A stretch of 30,254 nucleotides of DNA from a virus (Duplodnaviria; Caudoviricetes). The notes beneath the pieces are model-generated. The model did not search any database and was not told the origin of the DNA. It saw only the letters and a list, made by a program, of their open reading frames with translations. This document shows, one piece after another, positions 8,865 to 17,675 of this stretch (positions within the stretch are counted from its first letter, which is position 1; every line of letters starts with the position of its first letter). Where the stretch lies: the IMG/VR virus record IMGVR_UViG_3300043543_000076, positions 1 to 30,254 of that record. The stretch is one strand, 5' to 3'. A program made the position numbers and the translations under genes.

Positions 8865-9260
8865 TTATATAAGCACAACTTCAACTGTTCCAGAAACTTT
8901 TCCACCTGCTGTTGATTTAGCAGAGGTAATTGTTAACTTTTCATTGGCTGCAAATGTGTTATTGGCTGACGGTGAACATGTTTGTTCATTTCCTAAAGGT
9001 GCGGAAGCTGCATGAGTCAATACACCATTTGTCATACTTGTACCAGCATGATTTTTAGCAGTAAGTGTGCCTGCGTCTGTATCTGCAAGAGCTTTCCGGA
9101 CAATACTATTGATCCGAACAACTTTACATGCCCAAGGAAACTGGATTTTTACGTCTCCAATCTCTCCTGTTTCAAATGAGTGATCAAACGGAAGAACAAA
9201 CCTCATGTTTTTTGGTGTCGATTTGACTCTGCGCCTGATGAACTCTTTTACTGTAGCCAT
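8865..9260 (-). CDS. Putative head decoration / spike base protein
   Basis: 131 aa with a beta-sandwich pattern, GGAGG RBS, just downstream of the capsid gene. Confidence 0.55.
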   Translation of the reverse strand: MATVKEFIRRRVKSTPKNMRFVLPFDHSFETGEIGDVKIQFPWACKVVRINSIVRKALADTDAGTLTAKNHAGTSMTNGVLTHAASAPLGNEQTCSPSANNTFAANEKLTITSAKSTAGGKVSGTVEVVLI

Positions 9261-9263
9261 GGT

Positions 9264-9491
9264 TTAGTCCTCCTTTGTATTTTGCTTACCTGTTTCTTTT
9301 TCAGGCTCTTTTGTTTCTGCATTTTTCTCTTTGGGCATGCTTTCTTGTTTCTGAGCGACTTTCGTCGGACGTACTTTTTCGATAGCTCCTGCGAGCAACA
9401 GTTCTTTCGCTGACTTTTCATCAAAATCTGCTACCTGACCTGCTTCAAACAAAACACCGTCATGTAAAACATTACTAAGGACTCGATACAC
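9264..9491 (-). CDS. Small post-capsid protein (Mu gp35-like)
   Basis: YRVLSNVLHDGVLFEAGQVADFDEKSAKELLLAGAIE followed by a charged tail, typical of the gene after the MCP. GTG start with GGAGG RBS. Confidence 0.65.
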   Translation of the reverse strand: MYRVLSNVLHDGVLFEAGQVADFDEKSAKELLLAGAIEKVRPTKVAQKQESMPKEKNAETKEPEKETGKQNTKED

Positions 9492-9504
9492 AGTTTTCCT
9501 CCTT

Positions 9505-10440
9505 TTACGCTATTGCGTTCTTTATAAGATATGCACACTCGGTTGCAACTGGCCATCTCTTGTAGTACATAGATGTACGTACATACGTAGTGTTTGTACC
9601 GATTTCAAACCATTTTTCAGTTTTAACTCCACCTGCGGTTGGTTTCTTTGCCAAATGCACTCCAAAAGTAACAATACGCGGCCTGATGACTGGCGCTATG
9701 TAGAGTAACCAAGCATGCTTACCCCACACATATGCCATTGAGTCTGTTTGTCCTTCTTTGGCTGAGTTAACCCGTGCTCTTGCAACCAACACCTTATCAA
9801 CTTCAAAAAGAGCTTTCATGTGTTCGGTTGTCAATAGACCCCGTTCACTGTACTTAAACCTCTCTAAGAGATCTGGGTGTTGCTGTAAGGTCATATAAAC
9901 CTGTTCGGATAACACTAGAGTGTTTGGCAACATCCCTGATCCGCTAGCGACTGTTTGGCGAGCCGTCTTGATTACTCCGATTGGATCAGAGCCATCGTAA
10001 TCAGACCATTGATCGGTACTAGACAACGTTACATTTTGGGTAATGTTTGACGTATTAGCCATGTAGTCAGCTAATCCTTTTTCTCGATTAAGCAAAAGCA
10101 CATCCGTTACCATTTCGGTAGCGTCTTGTTCTGCGTCAAGAACAGTGTCGGCTGCGTCCATGTCCTCTTTTGTGATGTCAGTTTCTAAACTGTGCTCAGT
10201 CAGAGGACCATAAGCAACCTTCGTCAAACCATAGTTCACCTTGTTTGCCCGTGTGCCAGGCGCCCTATCATCATTAGCCGTTCTAAACGATGATTTGTCA
10301 TACTTGTAGTAGTATCCACTGTCTTTTTCAACTTCAACTACCGGCATGACTTCCCCTGCTATGTAAGCTGGGTTTTGGTACTTTACCGAAATATTGGTAA
10401 GTACTGGGTCAACATATACTTCTTTTCCTGTTGGGTTCAT
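9505..10440 (-). CDS. Major capsid protein (HK97 fold)
   Basis: 311 aa. VDPVLTNISVKYQN...RAPGT...WSDYDGSDPI...PNTLVL...HPDLLER...WG...YLIKNAIA. Confidence 0.9.
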   Translation of the reverse strand: MNPTGKEVYVDPVLTNISVKYQNPAYIAGEVMPVVEVEKDSGYYYKYDKSSFRTANDDRAPGTRANKVNYGLTKVAYGPLTEHSLETDITKEDMDAADTVLDAEQDATEMVTDVLLLNREKGLADYMANTSNITQNVTLSSTDQWSDYDGSDPIGVIKTARQTVASGSGMLPNTLVLSEQVYMTLQQHPDLLERFKYSERGLLTTEHMKALFEVDKVLVARARVNSAKEGQTDSMAYVWGKHAWLLYIAPVIRPRIVTFGVHLAKKPTAGGVKTEKWFEIGTNTTYVRTSMYYKRWPVATECAYLIKNAIA

Positions 10441-10457
10441 AAGTTATCTCCTTTTCT

Positions 10458-10835
10458 TTAATATCTGAAAAATGCATTTTCTATTTCAATTATATCGCCG
10501 TCTACTGCTGCCTCAAGCGCTCGCCCTATAACGATGTTTCCTGCTGTTGTAGTAGCGACTGCTTTTCCGTTAGCGTCTGATGTTACCCAATCACCCGCGT
10601 TGATGGTTCCACCAGCCTTTACTTTACTTGTGCCTTGAGAGTTACAAAGTCTTACATTAGCAATTTGATTAGCCGTTGGTTTATTTTGCAATATACCAAG
10701 TATGCTTTCTGTTGCTCCTGCTGCTAAAGCTACTCCGTTAGCTGTTGCTCCAAGTTTCAAGATAAAATACTGCTTAGCAGATAAATCTGCTTCTGCGATA
10801 AAACCTCTGTGTCCTTCAATATTTTGTGTTGCCAT
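10458..10835 (-). CDS. Capsid cement / decoration protein (DUF2190-like)
   Basis: AEADLSAKQY...GILQNKP...KVKAGGTINAGDWVTSDANGKAV...GRALEAA.DGDIIEI. Confidence 0.8.
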   Translation of the reverse strand: MATQNIEGHRGFIAEADLSAKQYFILKLGATANGVALAAGATESILGILQNKPTANQIANVRLCNSQGTSKVKAGGTINAGDWVTSDANGKAVATTTAGNIVIGRALEAAVDGDIIEIENAFFRY

Positions 10836-10846
10836 AATGTTCTCCT

Positions 10847-12073
10847 TTACTTTTTAGCTACTGCAACGTGTACAGTAGGATGTTCATTAATATATTGTTG
10901 TTTTAGTTCGGGGTTTTTGTCAAGCACCGCATTAAGCGATTGGCGATACGTCTTCCCCTTACCTTGTTCACTTGCCATGTATTGCTCTACAAGAGCGTTA
11001 ATTTTTTCTGTTGCGCTTGCTCCAGATGTTCCTTCGTCTGATCCTGCTTCTCCTCCAAGGGCTTTAATTTTTGGGAGTGTTTTTAGGAAAGCCTTGAACT
11101 TATCAGCCATACCAGCTTCCATTGCTTCAAGTAACTCAACAACCTGATCAACGTGTTTTGGCAGTAATGTGCCTGCGTTTGTTTCTGAGGCACACATCAA
11201 TCTAACTTCATCAGTCAGTTTTCGTTTTCTCAGTTCTTTTTCTGCTGCTTCAAATTTCTGTGCTTTTTCTTTGAGACTATTGAGTTCAGAAGCAGTAATT
11301 TCCACTTTTTCTGATCCCTCGCCTTCACCCGTAGGGGGATTTGGGGGCTCAACAGGTGCAGGCGGCTCAACTGGCGCTGGAGGGGCTTTCGGTTTTTCTT
11401 CTCCTTTTTTTTCTCCCTCTCCTGCTGGCTCGTCTGCAATGATTTCCTTAAATTTTTCAATCTGATCGCCAACTAAAAGCGATTTGTTTTCCCTAACAAA
11501 TGCCTTTTCTTCGGCTGTCAGTTCTTGTACTTCTTTTGCTGCGATTTCATCTAATTTCATAGTTTCTCCTTCTGTATAAACCGTTACTTCATGTGCGACT
11601 AACGGCTTTAACTTTTTGAAATATGGTATATTTGTCAATGCCGCCCCCACAATGACGTTTCGATACTCTTCGCCTGTTTCTGGATCTGGATATATAAACC
11701 ACCACTCAGGGCTAATATATTTGTAAAGTTTATTTTTTAACTTGTCAACTCCAAGTGATGTCCACTCAACATTTGCACGCAGCACACCATCTCCTTTATG
11801 AAAAAGTTTTTTAATCCATCCTGCTGCTTCTCCTTCTTTGTCGTGCCGACAGTTTATTGGAAGTGAGTTATCTTCTTTATACTCGCCTTTTGCTCGTATG
11901 CCGCGCTCATAACTTTCAACAAAATGATCAAGATCAGCGGTAGTAATCTCAAAAGGACCGAGATCATGATTTTGATAGGTACCAACCTTCATTAACTCTA
12001 TTTCTGTGGGAAGCTCGCCACTTTCAGAGGCTTCAATTTCTTTTATTGTATAAAACTTATTTACTTTCCTCAT
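10847..12073 (-). CDS. Mu-like prohead protease / scaffold (gp32/gpI-like)
   Basis: PINCRH...EAAGWIK...VEWT..G...YKYISPE...GAALTNIPY, then a Pro-rich linker and a coiled-coil scaffold region. Confidence 0.9.
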   Translation of the reverse strand: MRKVNKFYTIKEIEASESGELPTEIELMKVGTYQNHDLGPFEITTADLDHFVESYERGIRAKGEYKEDNSLPINCRHDKEGEAAGWIKKLFHKGDGVLRANVEWTSLGVDKLKNKLYKYISPEWWFIYPDPETGEEYRNVIVGAALTNIPYFKKLKPLVAHEVTVYTEGETMKLDEIAAKEVQELTAEEKAFVRENKSLLVGDQIEKFKEIIADEPAGEGEKKGEEKPKAPPAPVEPPAPVEPPNPPTGEGEGSEKVEITASELNSLKEKAQKFEAAEKELRKRKLTDEVRLMCASETNAGTLLPKHVDQVVELLEAMEAGMADKFKAFLKTLPKIKALGGEAGSDEGTSGASATEKINALVEQYMASEQGKGKTYRQSLNAVLDKNPELKQQYINEHPTVHVAVAKK

Positions 12074-12212
12074 AACGTACCTCCTGTGGATCGGGTATAA
12101 CTTTAATATCGGGCTTTGGCTCTACTTTGTCAACGTTTTCTGATTTCTTAACTATAATAACATCTTCCGGATTGTACCCGAAACGATCAATCCTATCTTT
12201 TTTGAGTTTCAT
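12057..12212 (-). CDS. Small 51-aa protein translationally coupled to MuF-ART (candidate inhibitor/immunity)
   Basis: Read manually: MKLKKDRIDRFGYNPEDVIIVKKSENVDKVEPKPDIKVIPDPQEVRYEESK. ATGA overlap with the ART stop, GAGGTGGAG RBS, and it fills the gap to the protease gene. Confidence 0.6.
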   Translation of the reverse strand: MKLKKDRIDRFGYNPEDVIIVKKSENVDKVEPKPDIKVIPDPQEVRYEESK

Positions 12213-13678
12213 AGTGTCTCCACCTCTATTACATTGTACTTGTCTTCAAAATATTTTCCAGTAACACGAAACGACTGATTTCGCTGCATAACAAACTCTC
12301 CCTCATCAATAAGATCATCGGTAATATTTGCGGGGAAAACCCCATTTGTGCCTTTTTTAGCTTTAATTTTAACGAGGTATACATTTCCATTGCCTCGCTC
12401 TTTTTTATCTACATAAAAATCTTTTCCTACAAACTCATAAAGCGAAGTCGAAATAAACCCCTTGTCGACAAATACATCACCAAGATCCATAGGTTTATCA
12501 AAAGCTGCTCCACGATACAGCGTAGTATTACTAATCAGTGAGTTTTTACTAATAGCGCTATCGAGATCGTTTATTATTTTCCTATCTTCCGAGTCAATTA
12601 CCAAATCAGACCGTAAGCTCTTGTTTACGTTCACATACGCCATAGTCTTTTGATAATTAGCAATAGTTTCTTTTTCACCATCAGTATAATTACCTGTATG
12701 AGAAAGCATATATAAGCGTCCCGATACTGTATCATTTACAAAATTTTGATTATCAAGTGTTTTTTTGGGCTTAATAAGTATCCGTTTACCGTTTTTCAAT
12801 GTTACCCACTTTCCAGCAGTGGGTATCGGCTCAGAGGCTTTTAACTCTTCAAAATCAGCAACAACCTCTAATTGTAAGTAACACCTACACCACGGGTGAG
12901 CAGTTGGTCCTTTCTTTCCATTGGGAAACAGCTCTTTATGTCCCACACTAATACCATTAAGCCCTTGGCAGATTTTACATGGTCGCACCTGTGTCGTTCT
13001 CCATGTTTTCATAACCACAATATCAAACTCTTTTACGATCTTATTAGCTGCTTCAAGGCGACCCTCAGTAAAGAAATTAACCGTTTCAGTGCTTGCGATA
13101 GTAGCTGCTCTCTTTGGGTTGTTGATAATCCGCGCAATACGGTTAGTAGCCTGATCTTGACTTTCTCCTAAATCTAGTGAAGTCAATATAGCGTTCTTTA
13201 CTTGCTGTCGGGTGTATTTGGTAAGATCGGTAACTAACTGCCTGCTACCGTCAGTAAGGAGCTTGATGGCTCTAGGATCTTTTTGTGTGAAGCCAATAGG
13301 TATACGTGTTTCAATTTCAGTAAGCAATCCGCCTGCCTCAATAGCATATCCTAGCGTAGAGACAAGAGCTAACATCATAGCCGTATAAAAATCCTCCCAT
13401 ATCAAAGCGTTTTCATCGACAAGCAAATCGTCAACCTCATTTGCTTTGTAGTATGTCCAGTTCCACCAGTTAATAAACTCAGAAGAACGCTCTGCAATAG
13501 ACCGCATGGCTTTTAATATTGCTTTTTCAGATTGAACGTTGGATTTCAAAAGAAGCTCAAACACTTCTGGGTTACTTTTGTAAGACTCATGCCAATCCTC
13601 CCCTTGTGAAGGCTCTGCTGCTATTTGATAGCTTAATAGTTCTTCTAAGAAGAAAATATCAGGATTTGTGTTTTCCAT
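12209..13678 (-). CDS. MuF (SPP1 gp7-like) head morphogenesis protein fused to a C-terminal ADP-ribosyltransferase
   Basis: MuF motifs RAATIASTE, KTW...CKICQGLNG, PTAHPWCRC. ART R-S-E triad LYRG, GFISTS, DEGEFVM. Start at 13678 chosen over the ORF-track 13702. Confidence 0.9.
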   Translation of the reverse strand: MENTNPDIFFLEELLSYQIAAEPSQGEDWHESYKSNPEVFELLLKSNVQSEKAILKAMRSIAERSSEFINWWNWTYYKANEVDDLLVDENALIWEDFYTAMMLALVSTLGYAIEAGGLLTEIETRIPIGFTQKDPRAIKLLTDGSRQLVTDLTKYTRQQVKNAILTSLDLGESQDQATNRIARIINNPKRAATIASTETVNFFTEGRLEAANKIVKEFDIVVMKTWRTTQVRPCKICQGLNGISVGHKELFPNGKKGPTAHPWCRCYLQLEVVADFEELKASEPIPTAGKWVTLKNGKRILIKPKKTLDNQNFVNDTVSGRLYMLSHTGNYTDGEKETIANYQKTMAYVNVNKSLRSDLVIDSEDRKIINDLDSAISKNSLISNTTLYRGAAFDKPMDLGDVFVDKGFISTSLYEFVGKDFYVDKKERGNGNVYLVKIKAKKGTNGVFPANITDDLIDEGEFVMQRNQSFRVTGKYFEDKYNVIEVETL

Positions 13679-15416
13679 ACACGATACCACGTAAACCATC
13701 ACGGAAGGCTAAAAGAAAATTGCTTAATGCTTTTTTCTCACCCTCGTGCCCTTGCCCCATGCGTTTCGATGGATCTTTCTTCTTTGGTTTACGGGATCGG
13801 CACTCTGCAATCCTTCTGCGGAGTAAATCGCCTTTCTCCATCATATCGAGCTTTAATTTATATAGCTCTTGTTTTGTAATTTTTTCTCCCCGTGCTTTTC
13901 TTTGCAGTACCATTTTGCGAACACTTGCTTTATAGCTAATAAACTCGTTGCGGATACTTGCAAGCTCAGTACGATATTGTTTCTCATCTTCATCGTTTGT
14001 TTCGGCTGCATAATACGTTTGTGTCCACTCACGCAATGAAGCCTCTACCGCCTCCTTTTGTTCTTTTGTTAACTTGTCATACTCACCACCAAATAAAAGT
14101 TCTGTAGCCTGTTGCAGTTGCTTTTTACTAAATGGCAAAGCTGGTGCAGGTAATAATTGCTTCTCTTCCATTTCTCTAATTTCTTTATCAATAGTTTTTA
14201 GATCATCATCAAGGAAGTCATCTGGTATTTCCATGTTTTCAGGAAGCTCAGGCAACCCCATAATTTTACGTAGTTGCTTTTCAGTCTCCACATCAGGAGT
14301 AAGGAGCTGAGATGAAACAAGCGCAGAAACAGCTGTACTTAGTTTTGTATAGTCAATAGTTCCTATTTTTTCATGCTCTATGGTCGGATACTTTTCTGTT
14401 ACAAAGTTCATATCAACCAAACGCTCTACAACATACTTCTGAACTGCGTCCCGTATTTGTTTTGCAATAGACTGTTCAGAAAGCAAAAAAAGCTCTGATT
14501 GATTTGCGCTTAACGAGTATGAACCCGTATTAACCGTCCCCAAGTTAAGAAACTGAGCCATAACAGATTTCACTATCTGTGTGTCGTGGTGCTTAATTGC
14601 TTCTTGTGGATCTTTAATTGATCCAGCTTTCATATCAATAAACCCTATGTCCCACCCATCAGGTATATTAAGATACCCTTTTTCATTAGCTCGCATGTTC
14701 TGTAGTAGTTCTTGAGCCTTTATTGTATCTGCTTTTGACGTACCTGGTTTTTTCTTTACGTATGGAACTCCTAGCCCTTGTCGTTCGTGTGCAACCGCCT
14801 CGATTTGATATAGTCCATCTTTAATATACCAATGCTTATACGCTGATCTGAGGATTGATTGACCATACCAATTATCACCCTCTTTTTCATTAACAAGGAT
14901 AAGTAGTTTTTCAATAGGTATGTCCACCGTATTTTTCTCTATTGTGAACTGTTGTATGCCATTTTTACCATCTCGTGTCTTCCACGCAAGGATAGTATTG
15001 GGCAATCGTGGAGCAAGTTTTCTTAAACCTACATACTTTTTGCCTTGAAAGACAACATCTTTATAAACAATCTCCCATACAAAATGACCGTAATCGAGAT
15101 AAAGAAGCGACTGACGTAAGAAGTCGTGCCATGTAATAGACATTTCATTGAACAACTGCTCATTGACAAAATCAGCAATATGTTTGTCTTCTGGACTTTC
15201 TGAGGCTGCTTTGATGTACCAATTAGCCGAGAGTATAGGAAGTTTCAGAGCAAGAAGAGCCACACGAACAGTAGCATCCCCCTTCCTCATGCGATCAACA
15301 GTTGTGTAGAGATTTGCACCTTGAAACTCATATAAATAATCAGCATTACTTATCATGCCGCCGATCATTATTGTTCCAGAAGCGCCAACCTCGTTTCGTA
15401 TAGATACTTTTGCCAT
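13659..15416 (-). CDS. Portal protein (Mu gp29 / DUF935-like) with a charged C-terminal extension
   Basis: YGHFVWEIVY...KLAPRLP...NWYGQSILRSAYKHW...ERQGLGVP...HHDTQIVKSVMAQFL, directly after terL. Confidence 0.9.
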   Translation of the reverse strand: MAKVSIRNEVGASGTIMIGGMISNADYLYEFQGANLYTTVDRMRKGDATVRVALLALKLPILSANWYIKAASESPEDKHIADFVNEQLFNEMSITWHDFLRQSLLYLDYGHFVWEIVYKDVVFQGKKYVGLRKLAPRLPNTILAWKTRDGKNGIQQFTIEKNTVDIPIEKLLILVNEKEGDNWYGQSILRSAYKHWYIKDGLYQIEAVAHERQGLGVPYVKKKPGTSKADTIKAQELLQNMRANEKGYLNIPDGWDIGFIDMKAGSIKDPQEAIKHHDTQIVKSVMAQFLNLGTVNTGSYSLSANQSELFLLSEQSIAKQIRDAVQKYVVERLVDMNFVTEKYPTIEHEKIGTIDYTKLSTAVSALVSSQLLTPDVETEKQLRKIMGLPELPENMEIPDDFLDDDLKTIDKEIREMEEKQLLPAPALPFSKKQLQQATELLFGGEYDKLTKEQKEAVEASLREWTQTYYAAETNDEDEKQYRTELASIRNEFISYKASVRKMVLQRKARGEKITKQELYKLKLDMMEKGDLLRRRIAECRSRKPKKKDPSKRMGQGHEGEKKALSNFLLAFRDGLRGIVYGKHKS

Positions 15417-15417
15417 A

Positions 15418-16983
15418 TTAGAAAACCTTACCTATAAGCCCCTTCGTAATAGGAGCGTATGCGGTTTGACCCTCCTCATCTACAGTATCATCTTCTCCAA
15501 AACTTCCCAATACCTCCATGGGGAAGAGTCGAACGATACCATATCGTAGAGCGTCAGGCCCATGATCGTTTTTTTTATCGGGTTTATCTTGATATGTACC
15601 GTCAGGATTACGACGCTTTCGATACATATTAAGCTCTCCTATCAATTTAACACACCGAGGATGGATGAGTATACGCTGTGACTTAAACATTGTCCGAAGC
15701 AGTGAAGCCCCGTTGTTTATCCGATAGACTTCTGCCTGTTCTGCGTCCTCCAATATAGGAGCGCCAAGTCTTGCACGTTCCGCTTTTTCATTAAGTCCCG
15801 CCGGATCTCCGATCCATCCTGTAAGAAAATCACTAAAATTATAATACTCTTTTTCTACATCAGGAACTTTGACTATATTTATTTTATGCTCTTCTCGCAT
15901 TTTTTTTACAATATCCATTGTGATCGTATAGCTTTCTGTTCCTGTTCTGTATTGCTCATCAAATATATATACCGTTTTTTTGTCCCAATCAATTTGAGCA
16001 AACAACGCTACATCAGGATGATCTTCACCAAAGCCAAAGTCCTCAAAAATATAAAAATCAATCCGTGGGTTATACTCCCACTCGTAAAGATTGCCGACAG
16101 GATACGTAATTGCTTGAAACTGTGGATACATAAGCCCAGTACTTTCAGGCTTTTTACACATCCATTGCGACTCCCAGATATTAGGATCGAGCTTTTTCTT
16201 TTTACTGATAACATCCTTAAAAGAGTAAAAGCCGTCAGATTTCTTGCATGCTCCCTTACAGTCTTCGTGGTAAATAGAGGTTCGACACTCTTCCTCATCG
16301 TGCTGCTCGATAACCTCTCGTATACACCACTGATATAACTTAAACCCGTAAGCGTCCTTTTGATCAATAAGCCGAGACATTGGACCACCAAGAAATTTCC
16401 GAGTAGAAGTAATGATGTTTTGCCCTGTTATACCATTAGCAGTTCGAGCCATAGAAAATGCCTCTTGTAGAACCGTCCAGTTCATAAGATCAACCTCATC
16501 AAGAAATGCTTTGTTTGGATGTGGGGAGTTTACGCCTGTTATTGTACCCGTGAGGATTTGCACTAATGAACCGTTTTTGAAACTTGTTTTAGATATAAGC
16601 GAGCTTTGTACCTCTTCTGCGATATGGGGGTGTTCAAGAAACTTTTGGAAATACGAGTAACACTTGCTAGCTTGCTCTTGTATTGCTCCGATAGTTGCTG
16701 TTTCGCAGTTAGCGTGAGTAAGCGAGTTAATAACGTCGAGGATAGCAAAATTAATCGTCTTACCACCGTTTCGATTAGCAAGAGCGATAACGTCAGTATG
16801 ATAACTAAAAAAAGTATCAGAAACAAAATCAAACGGAGCACAGTGATCCTCACATACTTTGTTGCGTGGTATATGTATGCCAAAATTGATTTTGATCCAG
16901 TCATGTAATGATGCTTTTGCAATTTGCCTCCACTCTTCATTAAGTTGACCTGCTTTATATATTTGCTTGAGTGTCGCTATCAT
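15418..16983 (-). CDS. terL: Terminase large subunit
   Basis: Walker A ANRNGGKT, Walker B AFLDEVD, nuclease DFGF and DHGPDALRY. The frame is open to 17061, so the start is uncertain. Confidence 0.92.
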   Translation of the reverse strand: MIATLKQIYKAGQLNEEWRQIAKASLHDWIKINFGIHIPRNKVCEDHCAPFDFVSDTFFSYHTDVIALANRNGGKTINFAILDVINSLTHANCETATIGAIQEQASKCYSYFQKFLEHPHIAEEVQSSLISKTSFKNGSLVQILTGTITGVNSPHPNKAFLDEVDLMNWTVLQEAFSMARTANGITGQNIITSTRKFLGGPMSRLIDQKDAYGFKLYQWCIREVIEQHDEEECRTSIYHEDCKGACKKSDGFYSFKDVISKKKKLDPNIWESQWMCKKPESTGLMYPQFQAITYPVGNLYEWEYNPRIDFYIFEDFGFGEDHPDVALFAQIDWDKKTVYIFDEQYRTGTESYTITMDIVKKMREEHKINIVKVPDVEKEYYNFSDFLTGWIGDPAGLNEKAERARLGAPILEDAEQAEVYRINNGASLLRTMFKSQRILIHPRCVKLIGELNMYRKRRNPDGTYQDKPDKKNDHGPDALRYGIVRLFPMEVLGSFGEDDTVDEEGQTAYAPITKGLIGKVF

Positions 16984-17428
16984 TTGGGAGGCTTGAAAGT
17001 TTAGCGAGGTTTTTTGCGAAGGATTTAACGAGTTCTGCTGGTGCATTGATTGTGTGTTCATGTTTTACCCTTCCTTCCTCTTCCATGCGTATACCCAGTG
17101 CATACTCTTTTCTATTTGTTCGTTCGAGTAACCAAGCATAAGCGTGCCAGTCTTTAACTAATTGTTTATCAGCGTCATATGCTGCTGCTCGTATACCTGC
17201 AAGCCATAAGTTTTCTCTGACTGAAACAGCTTTTTTTACTTGGTCCGCAAACTCTGGAAACCGTGATTTCCACTCATAGTATGTAGCCTTAGAAATACCT
17301 GCTAAATATGCTGCATTGTTTTCAGTATTTCCTTTTTCTATATACTCACATATGCTTTTTAGCAGTTCTTTTGTGCGTTTTGTTGGTCTTCCTGACTTAT
17401 TTATTTTTAGATTTTCAAATTTATACAT
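16955..17428 (-). CDS. terS: Terminase small subunit (HTH)
   Basis: GRPTKRT...AAYLAGISKATYYEW...FADQVKKA...WHAYAWLLER, immediately upstream of terL. Confidence 0.8.
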   Translation of the reverse strand: MYKFENLKINKSGRPTKRTKELLKSICEYIEKGNTENNAAYLAGISKATYYEWKSRFPEFADQVKKAVSVRENLWLAGIRAAAYDADKQLVKDWHAYAWLLERTNRKEYALGIRMEEEGRVKHEHTINAPAELVKSFAKNLAKLSSLPNDSDTQANI

Positions 17429-17448
17429 AGTATACCTCGTTAGATATT

Positions 17449-17477
17449 ATGATATATCATTTGGGTTTACTTGTCTA
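17449..17477 (-). promoter_or_regulatory. Putative promoter for the packaging/structural operon with an overlapping palindrome
   Basis: TAGACA, 17-nt spacer, TATCAT. The 12-bp palindrome ATGATATATCAT (17449-17460) covers the -10 box. Confidence 0.5.
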
Positions 17478-17546
17478 CGGTAATGTTTATCTCTAAGCAG
17501 GAAAAACGGTACTTGCTTTTTTACTGTTTTGTACATTTACTGCATA

Positions 17547-17675
17547 TCACCAATCTGTGTAGTACTTTTTTTCACAAGAGCTGCAATAGCTCATTGTTGT
17601 ACTCCAACCGATAACTTTTCCACCACATAAACAGCGAGAAAATATATTAAGCATAATCCACCTAAACAATTTCAT
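17547..17675 (-). CDS. Small 42-aa Cys-rich (zinc ribbon-like) protein
   Basis: Read manually: MKLFRWIMLNIFSRCLCGGKVIGWSTTMSYCSSCEKKYYTDW. Overlaps the ParB stop and has a GGAG RBS. Confidence 0.45.
   Translation of the reverse strand: MKLFRWIMLNIFSRCLCGGKVIGWSTTMSYCSSCEKKYYTDW

Noticed and set aside
12100-12133. TTGACA upstream of the protease gene as a promoter
   Set aside because: There is no good -10 at 16-18 nt (TATTAA only at 19 nt), and it lies inside the 51-aa ORF. Possible but unsupported.
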